Of a stretch of DNA of 64,000 nucleotides, positions 29,636 to 45,150 are shown in pieces (position 1 is the stretch's first letter; each line of letters starts with the position of its first letter). The position numbers and the translations under genes are program-made. The notes beneath the pieces are model-generated. The model did no database searches, had not been told where the DNA came from, and saw only the letters and a program-made list of their open reading frames with translations. Location: contig OZ024741.1 of the NCBI GenBank assembly GCA_964016885.1, forward strand, positions 383,594,001 through 383,658,000, read 5' to 3'. Origin of the DNA: Eledone cirrhosa. Lineage: Eukaryota.

Positions 29636-29684
29636 TTGCTCCGAAGAATCCAAACCTCGGTTTGGAGGAAACAATTGTAAGCAA
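29636..29684 (+). ncRNA. Hammerhead with CCGAAGA (U4C) core
   Basis: ttgct CCGAAGA atccaaacc-tc-ggtttggag GAAA caattg TA agcaa. Confidence 0.7.
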
Positions 29685-29887
29685 ATAAATGACTTAAACT
29701 GAACTTTGATTATTGTAATCTCTATATAACTGCTCTGTAAAACAACTGATGTTATTACATTGAGCTATTTATCTTACTGGTAATAGGATAGTAATTAATG
29801 ACTATCTTTCACTATTTAGGGTTTGTATATATAATATATTACCATTAAAGGTTTTATTGCATACATAACCATAAATAGTACCCTTAA

Positions 29888-29964
<77 letters not shown>

Positions 29965-30050
29965 ATATATATACATATATGGGTGTGTGTGCATGTGTGT
30001 GTGTGTGTGTGTGTGTGAGTGTGTGTGTGTGTGTGTGTCTGTGTGGGTGT

Positions 30051-30083
<33 letters not shown>

Positions 30084-30212
30084 CAGACAAGGAAGTTGCC
30101 ATCAGTTGCTAAGCGGGATCAAACCCCATATTTCCCAGACAATGGCTAGACACTTTCAACCAGATATGGGGTTCGGTTCCTCATAGCTATCAATGGCAAC
30201 TTCTACCGTCTG
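30084..30212. repeat. Imperfect foldback next to (GT)n
   Basis: cagacaaggaagttgccat...aaccccatat / atatggggtt...atggcaacttctaccgtctg. Confidence 0.7.
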
Positions 30213-30615
30213 CCACAGATCTTAACTCTACTTTATAAGCTATTTGGAATATAACTTTGAAGTTTCTCTGGGTTGCTACAGATTCTGCAGATAGTATATA
30301 GACGCACGTATGCAGTCGTATCATCCTGCTTACTATCTTCTAATACATTCTTGAGACTGAATGTAATTGTACTGATGGAATTTGTGTCCGTCATATTAAC
30401 TCTGATTTGCGCTGTTTTTCTCTAAGGATTACAAGAAGGCTACAAGTATCTATAGAACACTTAGTCACTAACTTGATGATTCATTTCCATTCGTCAAACA
30501 AATGAATATCGTAAAAATCCGCTTGGATGTATATATATATCTCTCTATCTCTCTATCTATCTATCTATCTATTTATCTATCTATCTATCAATCTATCAAT
30601 CTATCAATCTGTCTA

Positions 30616-30672
<57 letters not shown>

Positions 30673-30711
30673 GTATCTATCAATATATATATAGGTATGT
30701 ATGCATGTATG

Positions 30712-30761
<50 letters not shown>

Positions 30762-31155
30762 TTTGTGTGCGTGTTTATCTATATACATACTAATTATTGT
30801 GTGTGTGTGCGTGTGGATGTGTGTGTGTGTGTGTGTGTGTGTGTTTTATGTGTTTGTGAATACATTTAGAAAACATATCTGTTTATTTGTACATCATGCA
30901 ATTAAAGGCATAGATAAGGAGTAAACGAAGAGGAGGAGAAACCGATATTAAAATACAGAAAAAAAAAACAGGAAAATAGAGTGTCGGATGATAAAATAGT
31001 AAAGCCAGCACACAGCATCTGCGAACATTACCATAGAAATTCATCAACATCGGACAGCAACACCACTAACATGATGTAAAACACGAAACACTCTACTACT
31101 TAGCTTAGGGTTAAAATGTAGTAGAAACACAGTAAAGACATATTATAAATAATAA

Positions 31156-31349
31156 CAATAATTGTTTCTACATTCTGGAACAAGGCCAGCAATTAACCAG
31201 TGTATTACTGGTACTTTATTTTATCGACCCCGTAAGGATGAAAGTCAAAGTTAACCTCGGCGGGATTTGAACTCAGAATGGCAAGGGCCGTAACTCTATG
31301 CGTCAAAGGATGGCGTCCGACCCTCTACCGATACTGCCAGTCCACCGCC
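31156..31349 (-). mobile_element. SINE family A
   Basis: actggtactttattttatcgacccc...gggatttgaactc. Confidence 0.87.
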
Positions 31350-31370
31350 ATTATAAATAATAACAATAAT

Positions 31371-31470
31371 AGAAGAAGAAGAAGAAGAAGAAGAAGAAGA
31401 AGAAGAAGAAGAAGAAGAAGAAGAAGAAGAAGAAGAAGAAGAAGAAGAAACAACAACAACAACAACAACA
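31371..31470. repeat. (AGA)n(ACA)n microsatellite
   Basis: Direct reading of the sequence. Confidence 0.97.
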
Positions 31471-31843
31471 ATTACAATAAGAATATCAAGTAAACATTTA
31501 AAGTCAAGCAAATAAAGGTCGGGCATTCCTCATTAAATTTAAAGAAACTCTGTGACTCATTCCACTCCTCACCAAAATAGAAAATAGCAGAAATAACGGC
31601 ACCAGAACAACAAGATGACAAAGGCAATAACAACATTTAACAAACTACCAAAATGAATACTTCCAGATGTTCCTTATATTTATTACATAGTTGAAATATA
31701 GATGTTCGGTGTGGGATTGTTTAACATGTGTCCGTAATGTATGTTTATATGAAGTTCATATGTATGGCAGACGAGAAACGAGTGTAACAACGTGTGAGTA
31801 TGTGTGCATGTGTGTATGAATCACTGTATGTATATATGTATGC

Positions 31844-31902
<59 letters not shown>

Positions 31903-31974
31903 TTTTCCAGTCGATCGACTTTCGTCAAATCGGACCGAGGAAACAATGTTTCCATTGGTCTTTCCAATTGCTAA

Positions 31975-32125
31975 TGCTATCTATCGGTCGCAACTCCAGG
32001 TAGAAGGAGCAACGTGAAATAAAGTGTCTTACTCAAGGACATAACGCATCGCCCGGTTCGGGAATCGAACTCACGACCCCACGATTGTGAATCCAATTCT
32101 CTAACCACTCAGCCACGTGCCTCCA
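31975..32125 (-). mobile_element. tRNA-derived SINE family B (5' part)
   Basis: Minus strand: A box tggctgagtgg, B box gttcgattccc, then tgtccttgagtaagacact. Confidence 0.85.
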
Positions 32126-32145
32126 CATATGTATATATATATGTG

Positions 32146-32175
<30 letters not shown>

Positions 32176-32176
<1 letters not shown>

Positions 32177-32603
32177 TTATAACTTAAAATGCAGTGGGAA
32201 TACGAAGAAAGCAAGAAAGTGGTGGGGGAATTTTCCTCAGTAGTTGTCTACTGGGGGTCTAGGATATTTCTACGCTTTAAAGACAAGGTACCACTTCACC
32301 CCAGGGCGTCAATAACTGGATAAGTTATTGGGAAAATGAAGGAAGGAGGGAAGGAAAGCAAAGGGGAAGAAAAGGGAAACAGTAACAAAACAGAGAAAAA
32401 ATACACAAACCGAGCAATGTGCGAGTAACTCGTTTTCCCAATAACTTATCTAGATATTGACATCCTGGGGTGAAGTGGTATCTTGTCTTTAAAGCGTAGA
32501 AATATCCTAGACCCCAGTAGACAACTAATGAAGAACACCCCCCCCCCCCTGTTCTTGCTTTCTTTGTATTCCCACTGCATTTTAAGTTACCTTAGCAACT
32601 ACA
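32176..32603. mobile_element. Foldback element between (TA)n tracts (arms about 32180-32339 / 32429-32589, short tail)
   Basis: taacttaaaatgcagtgggaatac / gtattcccactgcattttaagtta. Confidence 0.8.
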
Positions 32604-33242
32604 TATATAATATATATATATATAAAAAACATGAGAAGAAAGAATACTACGTGGTTGCACATGGGATACATATGATAAAAACAGTCCTTCGTTGGTATTT
32701 CATCGCTTTAAAAATCATATACCTCCGGTTGGTGCGAGCAATAGCTAAGTAAATCTATTGGGACAAGTAAATCGCGTAAAGCGAGCGAGACAAGTAAACA
32801 ACAGGGAAGGATAGCAACGTAAAGATAGGAAAAAACAAGCAGCATGGAAATCCGGTCAGCTTAATCTGGGTGGATTTCATGAACGTGAGAGTTATACAGA
32901 CCGTCAGACGTGAGTGAGATGTGAGCAAGAAGAGAACCCACTACAGGCCAAACGGGAGGAAGTGAGAAGGGGAGAAACAGAGTGAGTGACTGGAAGTGCG
33001 AGGAAGAGGCCAGTCGAGAGAAAGTGTAACTGACAGAGGGGGCGAAAGAAGGTGAGAGAAACAGAGAGAGAGCAGGGAAGTAGTAAGAGATAAACAGACA
33101 AACGCATATATATATGCGCATTACCGCGTGTATACGTACATATATATATATATATAATCTCTCTGACAACGTACAGTATATTGTTAAATATACAATGTGT
33201 ACATTCATATATACATCGCTATTTCAGAGCTCCAATACAATT

Positions 33243-33281
<39 letters not shown>

Positions 33282-33522
33282 CGAAGAGGTCAGTTTGCCT
33301 TCTTACCCCTTCCCCTTCTATTTCGGCCTGTATACACCCGCCCCTCCCGCCACTATAAAGGTGTTTAACTGTGTACACGACATGCCTCATCACCCACCAC
33401 TCATCTTGACAAGCAAGTAACACAAACTTTTAGATTTTTTCTTCTGTTTTTGTTATGGCGTTGACTGCATGCCCATATATGGACTGTACTCCTTGAAAAG
33501 TTCACCTAGATTCCCGCCGTTC

Positions 33523-33583
33523 TAATACTGGTAATACTGCTAATACTGGTAATACTGCTAATACTGCTAATACTGGTAATACT
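33523..33583. repeat. (TAATACTGS)n 9-mer minisatellite
   Basis: Direct reading of the sequence. Confidence 0.9.
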
Positions 33584-33712
33584 ATCTATCGGTCGCAACT
33601 CCAGGTAGAAGGAGCAACGTGAAATAAAGTGTCTTGCTCAAGGACATAACGCATCGCCCGGTTCGGGAATCGAACTCACGACCTCACGATTGTGAATCCA
33701 ATTCTCTAACCA
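33581..33712 (-). mobile_element. SINE family B fragment
   Basis: Nearly identical to about 31977-32107. Confidence 0.85.
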
Positions 33713-33801
33713 GTTCTCTAACTTAGTTCGGATCTAGCTGACGAAATGGCCAGAGCTCAGGCGTCGTGGTCCTGACTCTTTTCATATATATATATATATA
33801 T

Positions 33802-34154
<353 letters not shown>

Positions 34155-37111
34155 GTGGTAGAACACTGGATGGTAATATACGTAGTGGTAGAGCAATCAG
34201 TCCATGGGACGAGTTAGTTAGAAGTGGTTACTCAACTGTTAGTTCACAATACCGAGAACAATTGTTTCACTTTAGCGGTTCTTCATCTCGTAATGCACAT
34301 GATTATACAGAACATGAAGGAAAACCGTACGAACGCGAATGCGTAGACACGATCACTTCACACAGGCAATACTAAATTGTGTGCGAGAGGTGTAAGGGAA
34401 ATAACTGCGAAAGTCCGAAAGTTTATAGTTGATAAGAAAATTAGGATATTGTTGCAATTCAATCCGGAGCTTTGTAGTTATGTAAGAGGTGTTTCCAGAC
34501 GCGTGGACAACGTGTGAAGAATTCATTTATTAAGTTTAGGCAATCACTATTGCGTAATCTCTTTAAAATATTTATTCGTTCATCAATACATAGTCCACAC
34601 GACGGATTGCCCCTTGCGTATGGCTTGGACTTAGTGATGGCTTTCCATTGAATGGAGTAGTCTATACATGAGTCCTTGAGGGACCATACGTGGCTCGCGA
34701 GTTTCGTGGATGAACGTCTGTCCGGGTACCTAAAGGTCGACTGGTGGTTCAGGAAGCGTTCCTTAAATCGACCCTCCGTCATACCCACATAGGATTTGAC
34801 CTCCTTTGGTTGATTTGGTCGGCTGGAAGTGACCACAACTTCAGAAACTACAGCGAGTGTGTTGCATTGCTGTTGAAGGACACAGGCTTCGGGCTTACGG
34901 CAAGAGCACCCTGGTGGGGTGTTGCTCTTAGGGCTTTTGGTTATGTGGGCCTTCATGTTCTTAGCGCAGGAGTATCCTAGTTTTACTTTATATCGGCAGT
35001 GAGCGATGATTTCCCTGTCTAAACCATCGACCCGTTTAACAAAGCGTTGGACTTTGCCACCACTTACACTACCGTCGATGGTTTAGACAGGGAAATCATC
35101 GCTTACTTCCGGAAAACCCTCCTCTTAAACAACGGAGTAGCCTGGAAAAGAAGTCAACAACTTCAGACCTATTTGACGTCTCCATGGGATCGTTTGACAG
35201 TACTGACGTATGCGACTTGGTTGGCCTATTTATTTTAGACATATTACGTGTTAGATTCCCGGACATCTACACTGGAATATACCGCGATGATGGCCTGAGC
35301 TTATCGAGCATTAAAAGTGGTCACGACCTCGACTGGTTTAAAAAAGACTTAGCTTCTACCTTCAATGAGTTAGGACTTAGGATAACAGTATCTACCAACC
35401 TCTCTAGCGTAGATTTCTTAGACATTAATTTAAACCTTCGCACGCACACCTTCAGAACCTTCTCTAAACTAAACGAAAAGCTTAATTACATACACAAGGA
35501 CTCATGCCAATCTCCTACTGTTTTTAGAAACTTCGTAAATAATATTAGTACTACAATCTCTAACCTCTCCTAAAAAGCTATCTTTGACAGAGCGGCACCC
35601 TACTATAACACGGTGCTAGCTAACAGCGGCTTCTCTTAAACTATCAATTACTCTCCCTTGACTAATATTACGCTTTCTTTTTTTATTGCTGTTGTTGTTA
35701 GTGGGAGAGTAATTGATAGTTTGCGAGAAGCCGCTGTTAGCTAGCGCCGTGTTATAGTAGGGTGCCGCTCTGTCAAAGATAGCTTTTTAGGAGAGGATAG
35801 AGATTGTAGTACTAATATTATTTACGAAGTTTCTAAAAACAGTAGGAGATTGGCATGAGTCCTTGTGTATGTAATTAAGTTTTTCGTTTAGTTTAGAGAA
35901 GGTTCTGAAGATGTGCGTGCGAAGGTTTAAATTAATGTCTAAGAAATCTACGCTAGAGAGGTTGGTAGCTACTGTTATCCTAAGTCCCAACTCATTGAAG
36001 GTAGAAGCTAAGTCTTTTTTAAACCAGTCGAGGTCGTGACCACTTTTATGGCTCGATAAGCTCAGGCCATCATCGCGGTATATTCCAGTGTAGATGTCCG
36101 GGAATCTAACACGTAATATGTCTAAAATAAATAGGCCAACCAAGTCGCATACGTCAGCATTGTCAAACGATCCCATGGAGACATCGAATAGGTCTGAAGT
36201 TGTTGATTTCTTTGCCAGGCTACTCCGTTGTTGAAGAGGAGGGTTTTTCGGAAGTAAGCGATGATTTCCCTGTCTAAACCATCGACGGTAGTGTAAGTGG
36301 TAGCAAAGTCCAACGCTTTGTTAAACGGGTCGATGGTTTAGACAGGGAAATCATCGCTCACTGCCGATACAAAGTAAAACTAGGATACTCCTGCGCTAAG
36401 AACATGAAGGCCCACATAACCAAAAGCCCTAAGAGCAACACCTCACCAGAGTGCTCTTGCCGTAAGCCCGAAGCCTGTTTCCTTCAACAGCAATGCAACA
36501 CACTCGCTGTAGTTTCTGAAGTTGTGGTCACTTCCAGCTGACCAAATCAACCAAAGGAGGTCAAATCCTATGTGGGTATGGCGGAGGGCCGATTTAAGGA
36601 TCGCTTCCTGAACCACCAGTCGACCTTAAGGTACCCAGATAGACGTTCATCCACGAAACTTGTGAGCCACGTATGTTCCCTCAAGGACTCAAGTATAGAC
36701 TACTCCATTCAATGGAAAGCCATACGCAAGGGGCAATCCGTCGTGTGGTCTATGTATTGATGAACGAATAAATATTTTAAAGAGATTACGCAATAGTGAT
36801 TGCCTAAACCAAGTATTGAATTCTACACACGTTGTCCACACGTCTGGAAACACCTCTTACATAACTACAAAGCTCCGGATTGAATTACAACAACATCCCA
36901 ATTTTCTCATCAACTATAAACTTTCGGACTTTTGCTGTTATTTCCCTTACACCTCTCGCACACAATTTAGTATTGCCTGTGTGAAGTGATCGTTTCTGCG
37001 CATGCACAGTTGTCCTTCCTGTTCCGTATACCATGTCCATTACGAGCTGAGGAACCGCTAAGGTGAAATAATTGTTCTCAGTATGGTGAACTAACTGTTG
37101 TGTAACCACTT
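34155..37111. mobile_element. Naiad-like PLE forming a palindrome of about 2.9 kb (arms 34222-35658 / 35703-37111, tail 34155-34221)
   Basis: RT MGSFD..DVCDLVGLFIL...GIYRDDGL...VDFLDINLNL on both strands (35184+, 36176-); GIY-YIG CSCRKPEAC...YVGMTEGRFKERFLNH...CGLC on both strands. Confidence 0.93.
37044..37079 (+). ncRNA. Minimal hammerhead downstream of the GIY-YIG ORF (mirror copy about 34254-34289, minus strand, C3 mutated)
   Basis: gag CTGAGGA acc-gctaa-ggt GAAA taattg TT ctc. Confidence 0.8.
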
Positions 37112-37113
37112 AT

Positions 37114-37166
<53 letters not shown>

Positions 37167-37170
<4 letters not shown>

Positions 37171-37962
37171 CTTCAGTTGTTTTTCGGCTTAGGTGGTTAA
37201 TGCCTTCATGACCACTTTTTCAGTTTGTATGGCGTTTTAACATATTATTTAACTCTAGTTTTCTTAACTATTGGAGCGCTTGCCAGCATGTCTACGATTT
37301 TGCGTTTCGTTTCGCTTTTTCTACCAGCTGAAATGCGATTCTCGCTGAATTTATATTTGTATTAATCTCGTGAGTCTTGCAATTAACCTGTTAATAATTC
37401 TATTGGCAGATTAATTGCATAAGTTTATTTTAAAAACTACCCGGTTGAGTGCTTATTCGATTTGTGCTATCTATGCAATTTTTTGTTTGATATACACATA
37501 CTGAAGTCATTTGCCAAAATCTGGGCTTTTTTCCCCCTTGTGAGTTACACATGTGGTTTTACAAAGTTCTACGTCATTCGCAAAGTTGGTACAGAGCAAA
37601 ATTACCTGTTGATAACGTGATATTCCTTGTTCGATCATTATGCTAGAAGATTATAGTTTTAAGCATACAGTATTATTGATTTAGGTGTCATAGAAACCCT
37701 GCATTTGGATTTTACCATCAATTCCATGTGGGTCCAGGTCGGTTTTTATCATTTATTTTGTTTGACCTGTTTAGCTTGAGTTGACTTTTGGCTTAGGTGG
37801 TTAATGCCTTCTTGACCACTTTTTCAGTTTGTATGGCGTTTTAACATATTGTTTAGCTCTAGTTTTCTTAACTATTGGAGCGCTTGCCAGCATGTCTACG
37901 ATATTGCGTTTCGTTTCGCTTTTTCTACCAGCCGAAATGCGATTCTCGGTGAATTTATATTT
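37167..37962. repeat. Direct repeats of about 190 bp (37167-37358, 37771-37962) bounding a unit between (TA)n tracts
   Basis: ggcttaggtggttaatgccttc...gaaatgcgattctcg.tgaatttatattt occurs twice. Confidence 0.85.
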
Positions 37963-38499
37963 ATATATATATATATATATATATGCGTGCGTGTGTGTGT
38001 AGGTATATATATATATATACATATGTAATGCGTGGTCGAACACATTTGTACCCAAGAGACGCTCTTTTAGTCAGACTGGCTCAGTAACAGAACACGTAAT
38101 GGACAAGAGTACACTAAGAAGCCGTAACAATACGTACATGCCATCGGTCCAATTGTTTGACTAACGGAATAACTTACTTGTAAAATTAACGTGCATGTGA
38201 CTCGGCATTGCACAGATATGTTTACTTTTAACGAAGTTGTAAGGGAGAATGCCTGCTAAGTAGACTGTAACAATGTGAAATAAAGTGCCGTGCTGGTAGG
38301 AATAGAACTCATGTTATTACGATCGTGAACCAAACACCCTAGCCTATACATAATATTGTACCATGTCAGATTAAGATTTTAGAGGTCGAAATAGTGTTAT
38401 TGCGAATATGCCATCTAAGCAGTGTGTATCTGATTTTGTGGAACGATGATATACTCTTATATGTAGGGTACCTAAAACTACAGGATCAGGTACTTTATA

Positions 38500-38734
38500 A
38501 TGTTCAATATTGAAAAATAAGAACAAGATGAAGTAGTTAATTAATCCATTGTTTTACGATTGTTGGTCTAGACAGCAAAATAGATATGCTTTTTCGAGGC
38601 TGATGGCAGGAGCTGCATAATTGCCATCCATTAGTCTGCATATCGATAAATGTGTTCACTTAAACAATCGTAAAACAATGCATTAATTAACTACTTCATC
38701 TTGTTTTTTCTTATCCTTTCATTGTTTAACATGT

Positions 38735-38735
<1 letters not shown>
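38500..38735. repeat. Imperfect foldback ending at (TA)n
   Basis: aacaagatgaagtagttaattaat.cattgttttacgattgtt / aacaatcgtaaaacaatg.attaattaactacttcatcttgtt. Confidence 0.8.
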
Positions 38736-38793
<58 letters not shown>

Positions 38794-38910
38794 ATATACG
38801 CATATATACATATATATATATAAAAGAGAAAGAGTCACAAACAGAGAGAAAAGAGATAGAGAGATAGAGAGAGAAAGTGAGAGGGAGAGAGAGAGAGGGT
38901 GGGAGAGAGA

Positions 38911-38961
<51 letters not shown>

Positions 38962-39270
38962 TTCTATCGATATATGCTTTTTACTCTGCCAGAGGCTTTC
39001 TCTGTACGAATTCTATTCCGTCATTACGACAGTTTTTTTGTTATTTTCCGGCGAATATTATAGTTAAAAATGACATACTGCAGCATTCAGGTTTTTACGT
39101 TTTTCACAATACGTTTTACCAACCATATATATATATATATATATAGAACCAGTTTGAAACTTGTTAGACCATTAGGTAACAGAGTACTCGATAATTCGAA
39201 TCGTAGAGTATGGCTATATTATAAAGTGTCAATGCCCGTTGGTTGAGCTCTTGCCGTTTTAACAGTTATT

Positions 39271-39325
<55 letters not shown>

Positions 39326-39340
39326 ATTTATATATATATA

Positions 39341-39367
<27 letters not shown>

Positions 39368-39371
<4 letters not shown>

Positions 39372-39443
39372 CTTGTGTATAAACATATAAAAACAGAAAT
39401 TTGCAAACGGTGGTGTAAAAAGGTAACATTATATGCATTTAAA

Positions 39444-39501
<58 letters not shown>

Positions 39502-39576
39502 TTTAAATGCATATAATGTTACCTTTTTACACCACCGTTTGCAAATTTCTGTTTTTATATGTTTATACACAAGATA
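39368..39576. repeat. Perfect palindrome with (TA)n at its centre
   Basis: tatcttgtgtataaacatataaaaacagaaatttgcaaacggtggtg... is mirrored exactly. Confidence 0.92.
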
Positions 39577-39926
39577 TGGCTTTCTATAATAAAAGTACTA
39601 AACACTGTTTTCTGGACCCCTTTAGAAATGACCTGCAACTATAATAGCCCCAATAACTTGTATGTAACTTGTACCACTTTGACCCCTTTCACTAAATTTT
39701 GTCTGAACAACACCACTAGAAGAATTTACCGCCCCCGCCAACCCTAACACGCCTCATTAAGCTAACTGCTGCCAAAACATTCTCTCCTTATAATCTCTAC
39801 TAGTCTGACAGTCTTAAATCCTAGGACTCCCTCCACCTTACTCACTTCCCTCTTCCCCTTCTCTTCCTACCTTCTTCTTTCTCTTTTATCTAGTGTATAA
39901 AATATTTTCATATCATTCCAATACAA

Positions 39927-40042
39927 AGGTCTGACGACATGGTATGTTTGCTTACAGTGTACCTTCGGTTTATGATAATATTTTATATTATTCAAATAGC
40001 GAGGTATAGGTAACCCATACACTATAGAAACAATTGTTACCT
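39927..40042 (+). ncRNA. Hammerhead with a stem II of about 90 nt
   Basis: aggt CTGACGA catggtatg...taccttcg...ataatat/atattat...cgaggta...catacactata GAAA caattg TT acct; about 45 nt before (TA)n. Confidence 0.75.
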
Positions 40043-40089
40043 AATAAATTCTTTATACCCGCATTTCCATTTCATAAACTTCTTCTCTA

Positions 40090-41866
<1,777 letters not shown>

Positions 41867-41934
41867 GTCTTAATAGGCATTTGAACTGTCAACCGGCTGA
41901 GGTTCGCACACACATCCCTGCTGACCATTATCAC

Positions 41935-42379
41935 AACAACGAACCTCTTTACTACTACTACACACACACACACATATTTGTTTTGAAAGACTTATTTTTC
42001 AGTGACTTCTCAATTAGCCGACACAAACCTACATTTGGCGCAAAATCAATTTTTAACATTCACATGACCTCTACCGACCAATCAAAATTGTTTTGACCAC
42101 AAGAATTTTTGCAACGCGAATTGGCGCGAAACTTATTTTAATACATCTGGAGCCACTTTTTTCACATAAAACAGGTAGAATTTCCAAAACTAATCAGATT
42201 AGAGCAAACATAACGGACGCTCTATCTCAAAATTATTTTTGAAAATCCTTAGAAATGCGCAACCAGTAAAACTTAAAACCAAAACTGAATAATAACCAAT
42301 ACTATTACTAATTTTCACTTATTCCTAATTAAACTATTTTTCACTGTGAACAATTTGTCAGCATTTTCTTCTCCGTTTA

Positions 42380-42385
<6 letters not shown>
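41935..42385 (+). mobile_element. Neptune-like 3' UTR fragment
   Basis: Shares cgcgaa.tggcgc.aaa.ttat and gagccacttttt with 24600-24690; its 3' end matches 48690-48866. Confidence 0.7.
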
Positions 42386-42446
<61 letters not shown>

Positions 42447-42492
42447 TGTTATATTTGGAGAGGGGCATATTGTTATAATATGGCCTGAAATA

Positions 42493-42680
42493 ATAATTGT
42501 TTATACTTTTGGCACAAGGCCAGCAATTACCCAGTGCATTACTGGTACTTTATTTTATCGACCCCGTAAGGATGAAAGGCAAATTTAACCCCGGCGGGAT
42601 TTGAACTGAGAATAGCAAGGACCGTAACTCTATGCTTCAAAGCATGGCATCCGACCCACTACCGATACTGCCAATCCACT
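42493..42680 (-). mobile_element. SINE family A
   Basis: Core motif present. Confidence 0.87.
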
Positions 42681-42951
42681 AAAACACTCACTGTTTGGTT
42701 TGGATTGGTTTTCCTTTCTGCATCTTTTATATCTTCATAGTTAATTTATCTGGCAATTAATGTTTGTCATTGATTGACCAACGGTTAAAAATACAAATAT
42801 AAAAATATATATATAGTTTATCATAGTTCTTTCGTGACACATCTTTGACATCTTCAGTGGTACTATTATGATTCCCCCCGTTGTATTGTAATGTCTACGC
42901 CATTTTTATTTAATGTATGTATGTATATACATCAGGATTATTAATGTATTA

Positions 42952-43028
<77 letters not shown>

Positions 43029-43399
43029 CATTAGGGTTATTAATTTTGTGTAACTCTATGTTCCTGTGTCTTAAATATATGAACTCTTGCTTGACAGTAA
43101 TGAGAAATGCACTAATTCGTTTCAGCTCTTGAAGAAGGTCACCCCGAACTGCCATATACGCCATAACGGTAAAACATTAAAATATTTCAAGAGCTTTATT
43201 TTTCAATTTATTAATGACGTAATTGGATAGTACTTATCTATTTTAACGCACCTCACAGTTTATAGCTATATCATAACATACAATCTTTAAAATAAGCAAA
43301 ATTTGCAAACTTGTATATACAATTAGAAGCCTTTGTCTACAAGTAAGAATAGCTATAGAAAGAACACTAATATGGAATATTTAGCATAATTATAGCATA

Positions 43400-45150
43400 A
43401 TATACAAAATATATCTAAGACGTCATAAAGATCTTAAAGGCATTTCATAGCTTGTTCTTCACACTGATTTGTTCTGGGAATGTTGAGTCTCAAAAACCTT
43501 CTCACAGAGTTTAATGTTTTTTGTGAGTCTTTAAGCTGTTACATTGCTTCTGATAATCACCTGCATTTGGTCAGTAAATCAATGGTCCACCCGTCTTTAA
43601 GAAATAATCTACAAATTTTGAGAAGCAGGCTTTTTCCTCCGATAGAAGAATAAAAGACAAAAGATCTAGTATTGCTCTATAATTCCATCTTGCATTACTC
43701 AAGTTAGGTATTTCTTGAAACTTCACTTTAGGAAATCTTCTAGTTCCTTCTAGAAAGCTGAAAACTCGAGTTAAATAAAATAGAAATTTCATATCATTAC
43801 GCCATACTGCTGTTTCAGAAATCTCTTCTTTACCATTCTTGAAATTCCTCTTGAGCTGTTCGTAGTTATTTACAAGTTCAGGATAAACTGATATTCGATA
43901 TTGGGCGATGTGTTCTTTCCTCCAAGTTCATCATCCATTACTACGTGAAGTACTCGGTCAAGAACATGATGTTGACAGCCAATGAATTGTGGTTCTTCCA
44001 GTTAATTTTGAGCAAATAGTTTTTGTAACTGAATGACAATCCCATATCTGCTCCCAGTGTTCACATTCGTAGAGTCCGCAACAATTATTTTTATATAAAT
44101 TGTATTCATACTGAACAGCTGTTATTTCTTTGACAAGAGTATCCGCTTTTCCATTTGATAGACCAAATGCTTCTAAGTTAACTTCTCTTATTATATTCTT
44201 CAAAACCTGCACTTGACCATCAATTCGTTTACCATCAAAATGCAATGACCAATTTTCTAAGTGTAGTGTTTTTTTTCGTTTCTTTTTTAAGTTTAACAGT
44301 TTCTTTAATAGTAGATCTGTAAATACCAGATTGTGAAGGTATCTTAACGTCAATCCTTTCTTGAGATAACTGCTGACAAACATTTGCTGCTTTGCTGGTT
44401 GACAAGTTTGAAGATGTTACTAATTTGGTTGCAGTTTTGGTTTTGCTATTCTACTTTCGTTATCTTGTAAATTGTTCTCCAGAACTTTCGGACTCTTCAT
44501 ATTCACTCTCTGGGTGGGTCACTGATTTGGAAGTTGAAGTTGTTGTTGTTGTTGTCGTTCGCTCCAAGGTCACATTTCTTCTTTTGGATGTATGAACAGT
44601 TCTAGAAATCGCAGTCTTTCCAGTTGAATATCCAAAATGTATTTTGCTTTCCATCTGAAGATGATATAACCGTCTTGCCTCATTACACAGCAATTCACTA
44701 TTTTCTTCTGTGATGTTAAAAGTTTCATTATTCAATGGATCATATTTTCCTCGTTTCACACATTCATCGTAGATGTTTAACACTTTATCCAGTTTTGTCT
44801 GCATGACTTGAGTTGATATATTTGGGAAATTTAATTTCTTTTGCCATAAACTTGTTACTTCTTTAGCGATTTCTGTTATATTGTATTTCTTTCCTTTGAT
44901 GGATGCTCCAAGGAACATATAGTGACCAACAATTTGTATTTTGAGTGGTATGCTGCTTTTCTTTTCTAGTGATTGTTCTTCTTGTGGAACAGTTCTTCTT
45001 TTCTTGTATGATTCTTGAAATCTCATGAGATTCTTCATCCAGATCATTTTGATTCTTTCAGTGGTAGAAGTAGTTTTGTATGAAACATTATGCTTAAAAA
45101 TGAATACTTGGAAATCTTTCAGCAAATCAACAGCTTGCCTTCTCAATCAG
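43400..45150 (-). mobile_element. Decayed hAT-superfamily (hATm-like) transposase
   Basis: WSLHFDGKRI, PQFIGCQHHVLD (CxxH) and SNARWNYRAI motifs across frameshifted ORFs 44460-45146, 43958-44383 and 43571-43792. Confidence 0.7.

Larger units (their letters stand above)
26108..29890 (+). mobile_element. Naiad-like PLE: inverted arm 26108-26660, ORF remnant about 26815-27702, long 3' UTR, direct arm 29184-29724, tail to 29890
   Basis: FFNPPFNLNVFTN..FISLLDKHFP...NTIKISYS, CNCRSS*TCPLDKKCL..IIYSC, YIGSTSNSFKTRYNSH, CNLCLLE; terminal inverted arms of about 550 bp. Confidence 0.9.

Noticed and set aside
31975-32125. tRNA gene on the minus strand
   Set aside because: The A and B boxes continue directly into a SINE body that is repeated at 33581, so this is a SINE head.
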